A stretch of DNA of 64,000 bases from Okamejei kenojei (taxonomy: Eukaryota), in assembly GCA_035221665.1 (NCBI GenBank), contig CM069132.1, positions 131,378,001-131,442,000 of the forward strand, written 5' to 3'. The notes under the pieces were generated by a model, which worked only from the letters and a program-made list of their open reading frames with translations, did not search any database and was not told the origin of the DNA. Position 1 is the stretch's first letter. Every line of letters starts with the position of its first letter. Below, piece after piece: positions 34,213-46,579 of this stretch. The translations under genes were made by a program, and so were the position numbers.

Positions 34213-34649
34213 TTTGGGATTAACTTCCATAGGCACAGGATGAAAGAATAAACTAATGTGAATATTTTAGAGTTGACATTTAGGTCAGAGATACAACATT
34301 CATGTGACCATCAATACACAACTCACTGTCCATGTTATTAACTTTAAGGCATGCCAATCCAGCTTCAGCTACCACATCCCAGTAACAAGGTGAAAGAATG
34401 CTCAAAATCTGGCATCTGTCCCATTTAAGTTTCTCATCTTTCTAATTCACTCAACACACTGCTCCTTTAGTTAATGCAAACACAGAATTGCAATTCCTTC
34501 AAAGAAGCTGGACATTATTCTATTTGAGATATTTCCTCTCATCAAGCCATCAGCTTGGATTGACAAAAATCCCTACGTAGCAAGAGAATGCACATTTAGA
34601 GTTTATGTTATCCTTTTATCAAAACAGTGGCTCAGGGGAATAAAACAGT

Positions 34650-34915
34650 AGGACTAGATGTCGTAGCCTCAGAATTAAAGGACATTCCTTTAGAAAGGAG
34701 ATGAGGAGGAATTTCTTTAGTCAGATGGTGGTGAATCTGTGGAATTCTTTGCCACAGAAGGCAATGGATACATTTAAGGCAGAGATAGATAGATTATTGA
34801 TTAGTACGGGTGTTAGGGGAATTATGGTTGGGAGGGAGAGATAGATCAGCCATGATTGAATGGCAAAGCCTTGAAGGGCCAAATGGCCTAATTCTGCTGC
34901 TATCACTTATGACCT
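34650..34915 (+). mobile_element. Old CR1 3' fragment
   Basis: GGAGATGAGGAGGAATTTCTTTAGTCAGATGGTGGTGAATCTGTGGAATTC; similar to 8885-9212. Confidence 0.8.
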
Positions 34916-35939
34916 TATTTATGGTGTGTCATTCTCCTTGATTCGCGCTGAGTCCCAATGAATGGGAAATTTGTTGCTAAATCAAAATCAGAGAACATGT
35001 TACCTAACATTGCTGGACTCCATTACCACAGATCCTGAAGCAGCTCATTCTGAGCCAAATCGTTATCTATTCAAAGACAATACGTTAGTTAGCCTTGCTC
35101 TCACACAGCCAATGGATAAATAGGTGTGGCAGTAGATAGAAATAAAGTTTAAAAATAGTTAATTCTACTCTCTCCTATATGATGTGCTTCAACCTCAAAG
35201 ATTAAAACAACTAGGGCAGTGTTTATGTATAGAAACGCAGAATTAAACTGCAATCGCACAAGGACAGATACAAAGCTGAAAAAGACTCTGAAGATAAATT
35301 TTTAAAACATATTTCTTTAGTTTTACTTCAATCAAAAAAACTGTTGATTTACTTATTACTTTTATACACAAAAGCCATAAGAGCGATTCTAGAGGGCAAA
35401 TAGAACTCAACACCAGGACTTCAATTAGGTTCCTTCATTTTCCCACGCAAGTTTTTTTTGGACTCAACCTCCACGTCCATAATTTGAAACATTGAATAAA
35501 GCAACAGGTTGAAGAGTGTTCTTACAAAGCTTTAACTAGCTCCAGTGCAGTGTTTCCTTTCCAAAATTATGGTAATGGTCCTCGTAACAGCCAGTTCTCC
35601 AGCATGCGATGGCAAGCAGTTCTTTTGCAATGGGTACATGTAGTTTCAGAAACAAAAATCCCAGGCAGTCCGCCCACAGCGCTACACCTTCCAAATCTGA
35701 TTCAAAGTTAATTATTTTGAGGTTACTGTCTCCCGACGTGCGGCTTATTGTTAACTGCTTGCCAATTAAGTGCTGTTTCTAAGGCCAAGTTTTCAGGCTT
35801 CAACAGATATTCAAGCACAACACGAGCATGCAAGTGAAGACTGTGGCTGAACCATAAAAGTCACCCATCCCCGAGGCCATTAATGTTAATGTTTGAGTTT
35901 GAGTTTAGTTTATTGTCACATGTACTGAGGTACAGTCAA

Positions 35940-36580
35940 AAGTTTAAATGGGGGGCCACCATTGACTCCACAATCAAAAAGGCACAACGGAGGATTTACT
36001 TCCTGCAGCAGCTGAGGAAGCACAATCTGCCACGGGCAATGATGATCCAATTCTATACTGTCATCATAGAGTCTGTCCTCACCTTCATCATGGTCTGGTT
36101 TGGCTCAGCCACCAAGCACAACACCTGGACGCTGCAGCAAATCGTCTGATCAGCCAAGAAGGTTATTGACTGCAACCTTCCCTTGCAGTGTACAGATGAA
36201 CTGTACACTGCAAGGGCCAGGAAGCGAGCAGGTAAGATCTCTAATCCCTCTCACCCTGGCCACAAACTCTTTAAATCAATTCCCTCTGGAAGGTGACTCC
36301 GGACTATCAAAGCTGCCACAGCCAGACATAAAAACAGTTTTTATCCACGAGTAGCTCTACTCAATAATCAAAAATCTGTAGCTTCCTTTTGCTCTGGTAT
36401 TTTATTTAATTCACATATTTAATCAATAATGTTTTATAATTAATGTTTAATGATGTATATGTCATTCCTAACTGTCACTGAATGTCATGTTGCCACTTGT
36501 GGGCAGAGCGCCAAGGTAAATTCCTTGTATGTGAATACTTGGCCAATAAACATTCTTATTCTTCTATTATTATTCTTACT
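35940..36580 (+). mobile_element. Rex1/Babar-like LINE 3' fragment
   Basis: KKAQRRIYFLQQLRK..FYTVIIESVL..VWFGS, then HPGH-like and NSF-like motifs, 3'UTR with AATAAA and an ATT/CTT-rich tail. Confidence 0.8.
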
Positions 36581-36594
36581 CTTTTGATGCATGC

Positions 36595-36985
36595 TAACCA
36601 GTTGCAGAAAGATTAAATTCGAGCCATCCACAGTGTAGAGTTACGTGATAAAGAAAATGTGAATAACGTTTAGTGCAAATTAAAGTCAGTAAAGTACGAT
36701 CGAAGCTAGTCCAATAGTCTCCAATGAGATAGATAGTAGTTCTGGACTGTTCTCTATTTGTTGGTAGGATGGTTCAGTTGCCTGATAATAGTTGGGAAGA
36801 AACTGTACTTGAATCTGGGGGTGTGCGTTTTGCCCGATGGGAGAGCGGGATAAGAGGGAGTGGCTGGGGTGCGACTCATTCCTGATTATGCTGGTGGCCT
36901 TGTCGTGCCAGCAAAAAGTGTCAATGGAATAATTGGAAAGGAGGTTGGTTTGTGAGATGGTTTGGGCTGCATCCACAATTTCTGC
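36595..36985 (-). mobile_element. Rex1/Babar-like LINE 3' fragment
   Basis: Minus-strand translation IVDAAQTI..KATSIIRNESHPSHSL. Confidence 0.7.
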
Positions 36986-37224
36986 CATTAAATAATGGGC
37001 TGGGGCTGTGCTGAGACAAAAAGAGGTGCACCCACAAAGTATAAAAACTGCAAATGCACAAGTGCTCATGCACTGCAAAAAATAATTTTCACTTCTCCAT
37101 CCTTCAGGTATCACAGATGTCGTTAGCGATCATAATGACATCACACCACAATAAAATCTATTGTGAGACAATGCAACTAATCCTCGACGTAAAATAGGAA
37201 AGTGATGGAAATCTGAAATTAAGC

Positions 37225-37432
37225 TAAATGCTGGAAATTAAGCAGGTTAAGCAGCTTCTGTGAAAACCGAAGCCCCAAGATATTAACTGTTTCTGCCTCG
37301 GTCTGAAGAAGGATTCTGACCAGAAACATCACCCATTCTTCTTCTCAAGTGATGCTGCCTGTCCTGCTGAGTTACTTCAGCACTTTCTGTCTATCTTCGG
37401 TATGAATCAGTATCTGCAGTTCCTTCCTATAC
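37225..37432. mobile_element. Penelope-like terminal repeat, partly fold-back
   Basis: GGTCTGAAGAAGGATTCTGACCAGAAACATCACC..GCTGAGTTACTTCAGC..ATCTGCAGTTCCTTCC. Confidence 0.7.
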
Positions 37433-37829
37433 AATTATTGGAGGGTTGATGGGCAGACATGGGGGGAAATCGGTTGCTAAGAGACAAGTAGGAAAATAGG
37501 ATCAATGGGTAGGGTCCTAGAGTTAGTATGGTTCAAATAGCCTCCTCTGTGTTGAAAGGAAATACAAGAAATACAAGCCATAATGGTCAGCAAAGTCTCA
37601 CCCTAGCTAAGCTAGCTTCAAAAGCAATGAGTGATTTTCACATATCAAATAAAATTGTTAGTGATTTAATAATTGTTTGTATTTATAGTTTGCCTTGTCA
37701 TTTATCTCTTGGTCTGAAGTCTGAGAATCTCCATTGAACTTGAGTGGGTTCTCAATTCCAGTGCCAGTTCCAAGATGATTCTCAGGGTAATGCCAAATAA
37801 TCTCAGAAGACAGACCGTTTAAATGATTT

Positions 37830-37982
37830 NNNNNNNNNNNNNNNNNNNNNNNNNNNNNNNNNNNNNNNNNNNNNNNNNNNNNNNNNNNNNNNNNNNNNNN
37901 NNNNNNNNNNNNNNNNNNNNNNNNNNNNNNNNNNNNNNNNNNNNNNNNNNNNNNNNNNNNNNNNNNNNNNNNNNNNNNNNNN
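37830..37982. other. Assembly gap (N run)
   Basis: 153 consecutive N. Confidence 1.
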
Positions 37983-38153
37983 GTTTTATTTAACTCTTAT
38001 AAATTAATTAAATTGTTTAACAAAATACCATACATGGCAGTGATTTGGAGACTAATTCAATTCTGACATTCAGGTGAAAGTTTCATATTTTGAAACATAA
38101 AGGTAAATACTTCAATGGCACTGCATATCCCATCAAAGTTTGATCCCCCTCTC

Positions 38154-38187
<34 letters not shown>

Positions 38188-39184
38188 CCCCCCCCCCCCC
38201 ATCATAATTGAGGGCTTTATAAACTCATGCTTTAGAGACTTATCCCATTCAGAGACCACATTCCAAATACAATTAAAAGAAAGCCAGAAATATTTGACAA
38301 GCCACATCAGGAACATTTGTCAAGCCATGCCAATGTTGTTGTGCCCAAGGCAACAATTGTGAAGGAGGGAACATTTTCTGCCTCAGCAGAGTGACTTTGA
38401 ATGGACCAGATCTAATGGAAGTGTCTGCATTTTTACATTAAAAAAAAAACATTTCCCCCTTTTGTCTGAAGCATTTCCAAGATGCTTGGGAATCGCCCTT
38501 CGCACATCATGCTGTTGTGTGACAGCGATATGTCTAAGACACAGACAGATTCTGGAGGCAGAGCTAGAGCGAGTTCTGATCAACTGTCCTAATCAAGTAA
38601 AGATTTAAGCAAGATCTGGACCCAAAAGCTTCCATTAGTGTAGGAGGAACTGCACATATGCAAGGCTGGAAATCCACAGCTTTCTGCTGGTGTGGGTTGA
38701 TGCAAACTGAATAACTTCGAGGGCAGGAACAATTTCAAACCATTAAACTAGACATTTTATAATGAGCACTGTCAATTACACATGTTCTGCAACAATGAAA
38801 GTTAAAAAGATAAAACCAAATTACACCAAGCATGTTGCGTTTCAACATCATTGGCATTTGTCATTATGCATGTATCATGATATTTGAAAAATACATTGTA
38901 CTTAAGAGTGTGCCAATAAATAATGTCAGACACAATTGAAGTATTGTTTGTCATAACAACTAAAAACCACGCCAGGCAAAGATAGTTATACATTTCATTG
39001 CTATTTTAGCTCTTTTTAATCCTTTTATTTCCAGTTATGTTTTACTCTGAGGTCCTGTTTACATTTCGGCACTTCTAGAACAGCAGTGAAAGAATTCATG
39101 GAATCATGTTCCAATGACTCCCCTTTTTGCATTTGGTGCTTGCGACTTCAAACCATAAAACTGTGGGATGTATCTGTGGAAATT

Positions 39185-39782
39185 TAGCATGTCTTCAACA
39201 TGCAAATTTCTACAGATGCACCATAGAAAGCATACTGTTGGGAAGCATCACAGCTTGGTTTGGTAATAGCTCTGTCCAAGACCACTAGAAACAGCAGAGT
39301 TGTGGATGTAGTCTAGTCCATCACATTGACCAGACTTCCTACTGTTGACTCCCACTACACTTCTCATTGCCTCGGAAAATCAGCCAAAGTAATCAAAGAC
39401 CTGTCCCACCCCGGTCATTTCTTCTTCTCCCTATTCCCGCCATGCAGAAGATACAGAAGCTTGAAAGCATGCACCATCAGACTCAGGAACAGCTTCTTTC
39501 TCTTTGTTATTAGTCTTCTGAATTGTCCTTCCATGAGCTAGGATACTGTCAGATTCACCTGTACCCTTTTGCGGATGTCAAATTTTATCTATGGAACTAT
39601 TGTACTACAACGCTGAGAACTATACTCTATACTCCGTCTTCCCCTATGGTCTACCTATTGTAATAGAGTTTGGTTTGAAATTTGTTATGTATTGTTATGT
39701 ATAGTTTTATCTGATTTGATTGAATAGCATGCATAATACTGTATATTGTTACATCTGACAATAATAATAAATCTAAAACCTA
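39185..39782 (+). mobile_element. Rex1/Babar-like LINE 3' fragment
   Basis: AATTTCTACAGATGCACCATAGAAAGCAT (NFYRCTIES), IKDLSHPGH, RLRNSFF, end GACAATAATAATAAA. Confidence 0.78.
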
Positions 39783-39879
39783 GCTGGAATCGGGGTGAAT
39801 GCCACTCTGGAGCATCTCATATTACAGCATTGCAAATTAGGCATTACTATGCCAGCACCTTGGCCCAATTTCTAGTCCT

Positions 39880-40245
39880 TTCCACGTTCCTGTTCAACTG
39901 CTTTTTAAACGTTGGGTTTGTCTCTGCCTCAACTACCTCCTCTGGCATTTTGTTCCATACACCCACCACCCTAAGTGTGTAAAAAGTTACCCTTCAGATT
40001 CCTATTAAATCTTTTCCCCTTCACCATAATCCTATGTCCTCTGGTCCTCGGTTCATCTACTCTTGGCAAGAGACTGTGCATCCACCTGATATATTTCTCT
40101 CATGAATTTATACTCTTCTATAAGATCACCCCTCACCCTCCAGCTCTCCAAGGAATAGTGACCCAGCCTACTCAACCTCTCCCTATAGCTCAGACCCTCT
40201 AGTCCTGGCAACAATCTCGTAAATCTTCTCTGTACCCTTTCCAGC
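39880..40245 (-). mobile_element. Old CR1 3' fragment
   Basis: Minus-strand LERVQRRFTRLLPGLEGLSYRERLSRLG. Confidence 0.85.
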
Positions 40246-40956
40246 GAAGACTTATGAGGATGTCGTAACAAAAAAAGGTGTTGCAAAACAAGATTGAAGG
40301 TGAAAAAAATTAAAAAGATACTAAACACCATTATATTTTGAAACGAGGGAATTCTATTTTTCAGATAGTAAAATCATCATTTAAAAAAAAAATTATGGCC
40401 AGTTAAACTACCAAAGAACGATTGTCCATTTATGTCATTGACATTTACGCTGATCAACAATGAAAAACATTTTCAGGTAGCTTCAGCGAGGATAGTTTGT
40501 AAATACCTCGTGTACATAACCGATTACTGATTTAAGATTATTATTTTGGAAACAGCTGCAAAACAGCACACCCAGTGGAGGAGCTGAGAATCGCTGATAA
40601 CATGTTTGAGTTAGTTATAAAATGCAACAAACATATGTTAGTGTCCACTTTACCCTGTAATGACCACACTTTGCCTGTCTTTGTAGTGATTACCACCAAA
40701 AACCCAGTGCTGCAACATGATCAGTAGCATAAAGTCTGCCAGCATAACTTAAATAGTTATTTGAAGAAATTGTCCTGTACTACGACTACTCCTTTCTGCC
40801 AAATTACCCAGTTCAATGCCAGCAGCAGACAACAGCTGTGCATCCCATCCATATTAACCGCCCTCAGACTGTCTGTCGGGCCTTGACAAGTTGGGACAGG
40901 CTAGCGTTCTAACTTGGAAGACCAAAGGAACAAATCTTGCAAGTAAACTTGCAAGT

Positions 40957-41892
40957 AGTTTGCGGATGACACTAAGCTGGGGGGCAGTGTTCGCTGTGAG
41001 GAGGATGCTAGGAGACTGCAAGGTGACTTGGATAGGCTGGGTGAGTGGGCAAATGTTTGGCAGATGCAGTATAATGTGGATAAATGTGAGGTTATCCACT
41101 TTGGTGGCAAAAAACAGGAAAAGAGGACTATTATTTAAATGGTGGCCGATTGGGAAAAGGGGTGATGCAGCGAGACCTGGGTGTCATGGTACACCAGTCA
41201 TTGAAAGTAGGCATGCAAGTGCAGCAGGCAGCGAAAAAAGCGAATGGTATGTTAGCTTTCATAGCAAAAGGATTTGAGTACAGGAGCAGGGAGGTTCTAC
41301 TTCAGTTGTACAGGGTCTTGGTGAGACCACACCTGGAGTATTGCGTTTTGGTCTCCAAATCTGAGGAAGGACATTATTGCCATAGAGGGAGTGCAGAGAA
41401 GGTTCACCAGACTGATTCCTGGGATGTCAGGACTGTCTTATGAAGAAAGACTGGATAGACTCGGTTTATACTCTCTGGAATTTAGGAGATTAAGAGGGGA
41501 TCTTATAGAAACTTACAAAATTCTTAAGGGGTTGGACAGGCTAGATGCAGGAAGATTGTTCCCGATGTTGGGGAAGTCCAGGACAAGGGGTCACAGCTTA
41601 AGGATAAGGGGGAAATCCTTTAAGACCGAGATGAGAAAGACTTTCTTCACACAGAGAGTGGTGAGTCTCTGGAACTCTCTGCCACAGAGGGTAGTTGAGG
41701 CCAGTTCATTGGCTATATTTAAGAGTGAGTTGGATGTGGCCCTTGTGGCTAAGGGGATCAGAGGGTATGGAGAGAAGGCAGGTACGGGATACTGAGTTGG
41801 ATGATCAGCCATGATCATATTGAATGGCGGTGCAGGCTCGAAGGGCTGAATGGGCCTACTCCTGCACCTAATTTCTATGTTTCTATGTTTCT
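40957..41892 (+). mobile_element. CR1 family A, 5'-truncated copy
   Basis: FADDTKLGG through RGYGEKAGTGY with frameshifts, 3'UTR, (TTCTATGT)n tail; candidate TSD TTCTAACT at 40907-40914 and 41889-41896. Confidence 0.95.
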
Positions 41893-42351
41893 AACTCTAA
41901 GGGAAACACCCACAGTGCTTACTGGAGGGATGAGGGACACCAGTCAGCAGATTTACCTTGCAACCACTTCAGAAAAAAAGTGGGGAATGTCAGGGATCAA
42001 TTTCCAATTGATGCTCATAACGTGATCCCAAGGCTGGGTTCCAGTGTGTGATGCTGAACTGTCATTGGAAAACAACGCTTGAAAGTTATGCAAGAACAGG
42101 GTGGCTTGAAAAATCTTATGACCCCAGCCTGTGGTCATATGCCTAATGGTGCCTGAAATGAAATGCAAGTTAAAGAAAGGAACTCCAAAGAAAACTCCAG
42201 CGCAATTTTATAGCTGCTGATTCTCCAATTTGCAATGGTTTACAAGACTCTCCTGGGCACTGCAATTTTAAATAGCAAATTATTTTGCATCTTTTCTTTT
42301 TTTTTTTTGTTTTTGCATATTAGCTGCAAATGCAAAGGAGCAGGATACCGT

Positions 42352-42650
42352 TGCACAGTGGCGCAACAGTAGAGCTGCTGCCTTATAGCATCAGAGACCC
42401 GGATTCGATCCTGACCATGGCTTCAATTTGTATGGGGTTTGTACATTCTCCCTGCGACCACGTGGGTTTTCTCTGGGTGCTCCGGTTTCCTCTCACACTC
42501 CAAAGACGTTGGGGTTTGTAGGTTAATTGACTATTGTAAATTGTCCCTAGTGTGTCGGATAGTGAAAGCGTATGGGCGATTGATGGTCAGCATGGACTTA
42601 GTGGGCTGAAGGGCCTCTTTCCACACTATATCTCCAAATCTAAAAATCTA
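42352..42650 (+). mobile_element. tRNA-derived V-SINE copy
   Basis: CACAGTGGCGCAACAGTAGAG..GGATTCGATCC, V-domain GTGGGTTTTCTCTGGGTGCTCCGGTTTCC, CR1-like tail. Confidence 0.88.
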
Positions 42651-42764
42651 AAGTTTAAGTTAAGAGATCTTGTGACAATACCTCTAAATCTGTGTCCGCG
42701 CCATGCTGGCATCATTCCTCAGTGATAAAACCAAAAGGAACAAGGCATAAAGACAAAGCTAGAA

Positions 42765-43525
42765 TTTGAGGATGTTGCCAGGACTCAAAGGGCCTGAGCT
42801 TTTATGGAAAGATTGGGCAGACAAGGACTTTATTCCTTGGAGCAGGGAAGGCTGAGGCGCGATCTTATAGAGGTGTCTAAGATCATGAGGAGAAATAGAT
42901 AACCATATAACAATTACTGCACGGAAACAGGCCCTCTCGGCCCTTCCAGTCCGTGCCGACCATTTGTTTTCCCCTAGTCCCATCTACCTGCACTCAGACC
43001 ATACCCCTCCATTCCCTTCACGTCCATATACCTATCCACTTTAGTCTTAAAAGTAAAAATCGATCCTGCCTCCACCACTTCTGCTGGAAGCTCATTCCAC
43101 ACAGCCACCACCCTCTGAGTAAAGAAGTTCCCCCTCACGTTACCCCGAAACTTCTGTCCCTTAATTCTCATGCCATGCCCTCTTGTTTGAATCTTCCCTA
43201 CCCTCAATGGGAAAAACGTATCCACGTCAACTCTGTCTATCCCTTTCATCATTTTAAAGACCTCAATCAAGTCCCCCCTTAACCTTCTGCGCTCCAAAGA
43301 ATAAAGATCTATTCTTTACTGCATAAGATAGGGTGAATGCAGTCTTTTCCCCTGTTTAGGGAAATCAAGAACTAGGGGACAGAGGTTTAAGGTGAGAAGG
43401 GCAAAGCTTAATATGAGCCTGAGGGCAAAACACAGGAAAATGGGGCTAGCTTAAAGGAGGAATCTTGGTCCGAATGGAAAGTTGGGCCGAAGGGCCTGTT
43501 TCCATGCTGCATGACTATGCATCTA
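42765..43525 (+). mobile_element. Old CR1 3' fragment interrupted by a younger CR1
   Basis: GGATGTTGCCAGGACTC..GATCATGAGGAGAAATAGATA resumes as AGATAGGGTGAATGC..AGAACTAGGGGACAGAGGTTTAAGGTGAG after 43326. Confidence 0.75.
42899..43306 (-). mobile_element. CR1 family B, 5'-truncated young copy
   Basis: Open frame ERRRLRGDLIEVFKMMKG..SAGRWD plus 3'UTR and GTTATATGGTTAT tail. Confidence 0.93.
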
Positions 43526-43929
43526 AATAACAATGGAGCTAATCACTCCCAAATAAATTACAGAAAAGACAGCATTGGCAAAACTCAGTGGGTCAGGCAG
43601 CATCACAGGTGAACACGAGCAGGTGACGTTTCAGGTTGGGACACTTCTTGACTGATTGTAGGGGACAGGGGAAAAGGGGGAGGAGATGAGGGGCAGGAGA
43701 GAGCGAAGGGTGTAATGCGAAAATATTCCTCAAATAAATCACCCTTTTCACTAATAAAACTATTTTCTTTAAATGAATTGAATGATAACATAAGGAGGAA
43801 AAACAAGTTTCCAGACAAATAACCGATTCAGCATGTACTGATGAGGAAAGGACCGGGATCAGTATGCAAAGCTTCATGGCTTTTAATAGTTATTTTTGTC
43901 AAGGAGATAACAAAGTCATCAAAGGAATT

Positions 43930-44273
43930 TGACGTGGATAAGTTTTTCCCATTGAGGGTAGGGAAGATTCAAACAAGAGGGCATGACATGAGAATTAAGG
44001 GACAGAAGTTTAGGGGTAACGTGAGGGGGAACTTCTTTACTCAGAGGGTGGTGGCTGTGTGGAATGAGCTTCCAGCAGAAGTGGTGGAGGCAGGATCGAT
44101 TTTAACATTTAAAAGTAAAGAGGATAGGTATATGGACGTGAAGGGAATGGAGGGGTATGGTCTGAGTGCAGGTAGATGGGACTAGGAGAAAACAAATGGT
44201 CGGCACGGACTGGAAGGGCCGAGAGGGCCTGTTTCCGTGCTGTAATTGTTATATGTTATATGTTTTGTTATAT
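43930..44273 (+). mobile_element. CR1 family B, short 5'-truncated copy
   Basis: DVDKFFPLRVGKIQTRGH..SAGRWD, GTTATAT tail; candidate TSD GGAAT at 43924-43928 and 44274-44278. Confidence 0.93.
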
Positions 44274-44339
44274 GGAATCGAGTCAGACTGTTTTCTACAC
44301 ATAATTCTTCAGAATACATGAAAAATAAAACATGGTGCT

Positions 44340-44490
44340 GCTCTCCCCTGACTCTCAGTATAAAGAAGGGTTCCGACCCAAAACGCCACCTATTCCTTTT
44401 CTCCAGAGATGCTGCCTGACCCACTGAGTTACTCCAGCATTCTTCTGTACCTTTGGTGTAAACCAGCAACTGCAGTTCTTTCCCACACGG
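44340..44490 (+). mobile_element. Penelope-like terminal repeat
   Basis: AGAAGGGTTCCGACCCAAAACGCCACC..CTGAGTTACTCCAGC..CCAGCAACTGCAGTTC; hammerhead core decayed. Confidence 0.72.
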
Positions 44491-45629
44491 CAGTGTTCTA
44501 CTCACTGGTTCAAATGAATGTAAAGAACCAAATTGAAAGTTAGTGAAGTTAACCTTGCTCCCAAGTTTCAATTACATTTCCTATAATCTTGACCTGTGCT
44601 TATAAACATAGAGCACGATTCTCACAGACCAGAATGCTATCTGCGGCTAAGAGCTGGATTGTGTGCCAGAATAACTGCAGGAAGTTGAAAATCCCCAGAA
44701 CCTGTTGAAATCCTGTTAGTGATTACAGCAAATATGTTTTGAATTGGAACCAGCAACACTCCTGCAGTCTGATAAGGGACTTCTGGCATTAAGACGTGGA
44801 GATCAGCTTCTGTTCTTAAGTGCATCCAGACCAGAGGATATGCCTTGGTTCCGTGTCTGAGCCTCTATGACTACAAGGTAATTCCGGCTAATGTTGTTAA
44901 AGCTAATCTCGTGGCTCTATAATGCCAGTTTCATGCAGAGGTCACCAAGACACCAACTATCTGTGTAATATTCCAGGCCACTCATCATTGACGCACAATG
45001 CCGCCAAATCTAGAACTGCTGTCAACTGGTTGTTATTCAAGGCTGGCACAGCTGTGGGAGATCGACTTACCACAAGGAACGGAAAACAATGCTTAGTCAA
45101 TTTCTCAGCATATGGAAAAGGTGGCGTTAATATATTAGTTGAAGTTTTTTTGATGTTAATGTGGTGCAGAAATACTCTGGTTGCAGGGCAGGATGTTATG
45201 CAGTGGTTCAAATTTATCTGATTCCCTTTTTATCTGTGCTGTTGCACAGAAGAGATGGGGGTCCTGGAGCATTCCTGAGCTCTGCCTTGAAGGAAGGCCA
45301 AGATACCAGGAAGCAGGATGTGGGAGGGAGAGATTGATGTGACAGAAAGAAAGATTGCAGGAGGGAGAGGGAGGAAGGCGCCGGAAGTAGGTGGGATTTG
45401 GGGGGGGGGGGGGGGGTGAAGAGCAGGAAATTGTTCTTGCCTGTCTTGAAAGATCACCTTTAAATAGCAGAGCAGCAGAAGAATCTCTGCATTGTGCTGT
45501 TGAGATGGAGGAAATCCACGTGGAGCAGAGAGGGTGAGAGACAAGACAATATAACCCCATTTTTGTTTATTCCCCTTGCACGCCCATCAGTTTCCCCCCA
45601 GTTTATGACTCACATTTTAGGTTTAGGTT

Positions 45630-46250
45630 TATTATTGTGATATGCACCAAGGTGTGCTATCCAATCAAATAATACTAGGATGCATTATACAAAAATACTA
45701 TCAAGTCAAACTTAAGAACATCAAGCCAAATTTAAGAACAATTTGGTAAAGCAAAGGGGTGCATAATTTGAAACATAATTCTCAGTGTTGTAGTGGAGCA
45801 GTTCTTTGACGAAGTCCAATGTCTATAGTGGGATAGAGATGAATTGGACAGTACCCTAGCAAATGGTAGTACCATTCAGAAGCCCGATTACAGGGAGGAA
45901 GAAGCTGTTTCCAAGTCTGGCGGTTCATGTTTTCTAGCTTCTGGATATTCTGCCCTATGGGAGCTGGGGAAGGAATGACCAGGATGAGACAAGTTTGAGT
46001 ATGTTGGCTGCTTGGCTGCTTTACCAAGGCACCATGAAATGTAGATGGAGTCAGTGGTGGGAAACCTGGTCCAGGCGATGAACTGGGCTACATCTACAAC
46101 TCTCTGCAATTTCTTGCAGCCATGAATAGAGCTGTTCCCAAAGCAAGCTGTGATGCAACCTGACTGTATGCTGCCTATGATGTATATATATAGAAATTTG
46201 TAAGATTAGTTGGAGTCATGTCAAATTTCCTCAGTCTCCTGAGCAAGTAG
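45630..46250 (-). mobile_element. Rex1/Babar-like LINE 3' fragment
   Basis: Minus-strand LQRVVDVAQFI..SHPGHSF; collinear with 39185-39782. Confidence 0.72.
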
Positions 46251-46579
46251 AATTCATAGTTCATAAGTTCAAAAGTCATAGGAGCAGAATTAGGCCATCA
46301 TCGAGTGATGAACAAGAGCCTGCATCATGTTTAAAATGCTCTAAAAAGCTATTTGAACCTACAGTGGCTTGCAAAAGTATTCATACCCCTTAAAGTTTTC
46401 CACATTTTGTCACGTTACAACCACAAACGTAAATGTATTTTGTTGGGATTTTATGTGATAGACCAACACAAAGTGGTGCATAATTGTGAAGTGGAAGGAA
46501 AATGATACATGGTTTCCAAATTTTATTACAAATAAAAAACTGAAAAGTGTGGCGTGCAAAAGTATTCAGCCCCCCAGAG

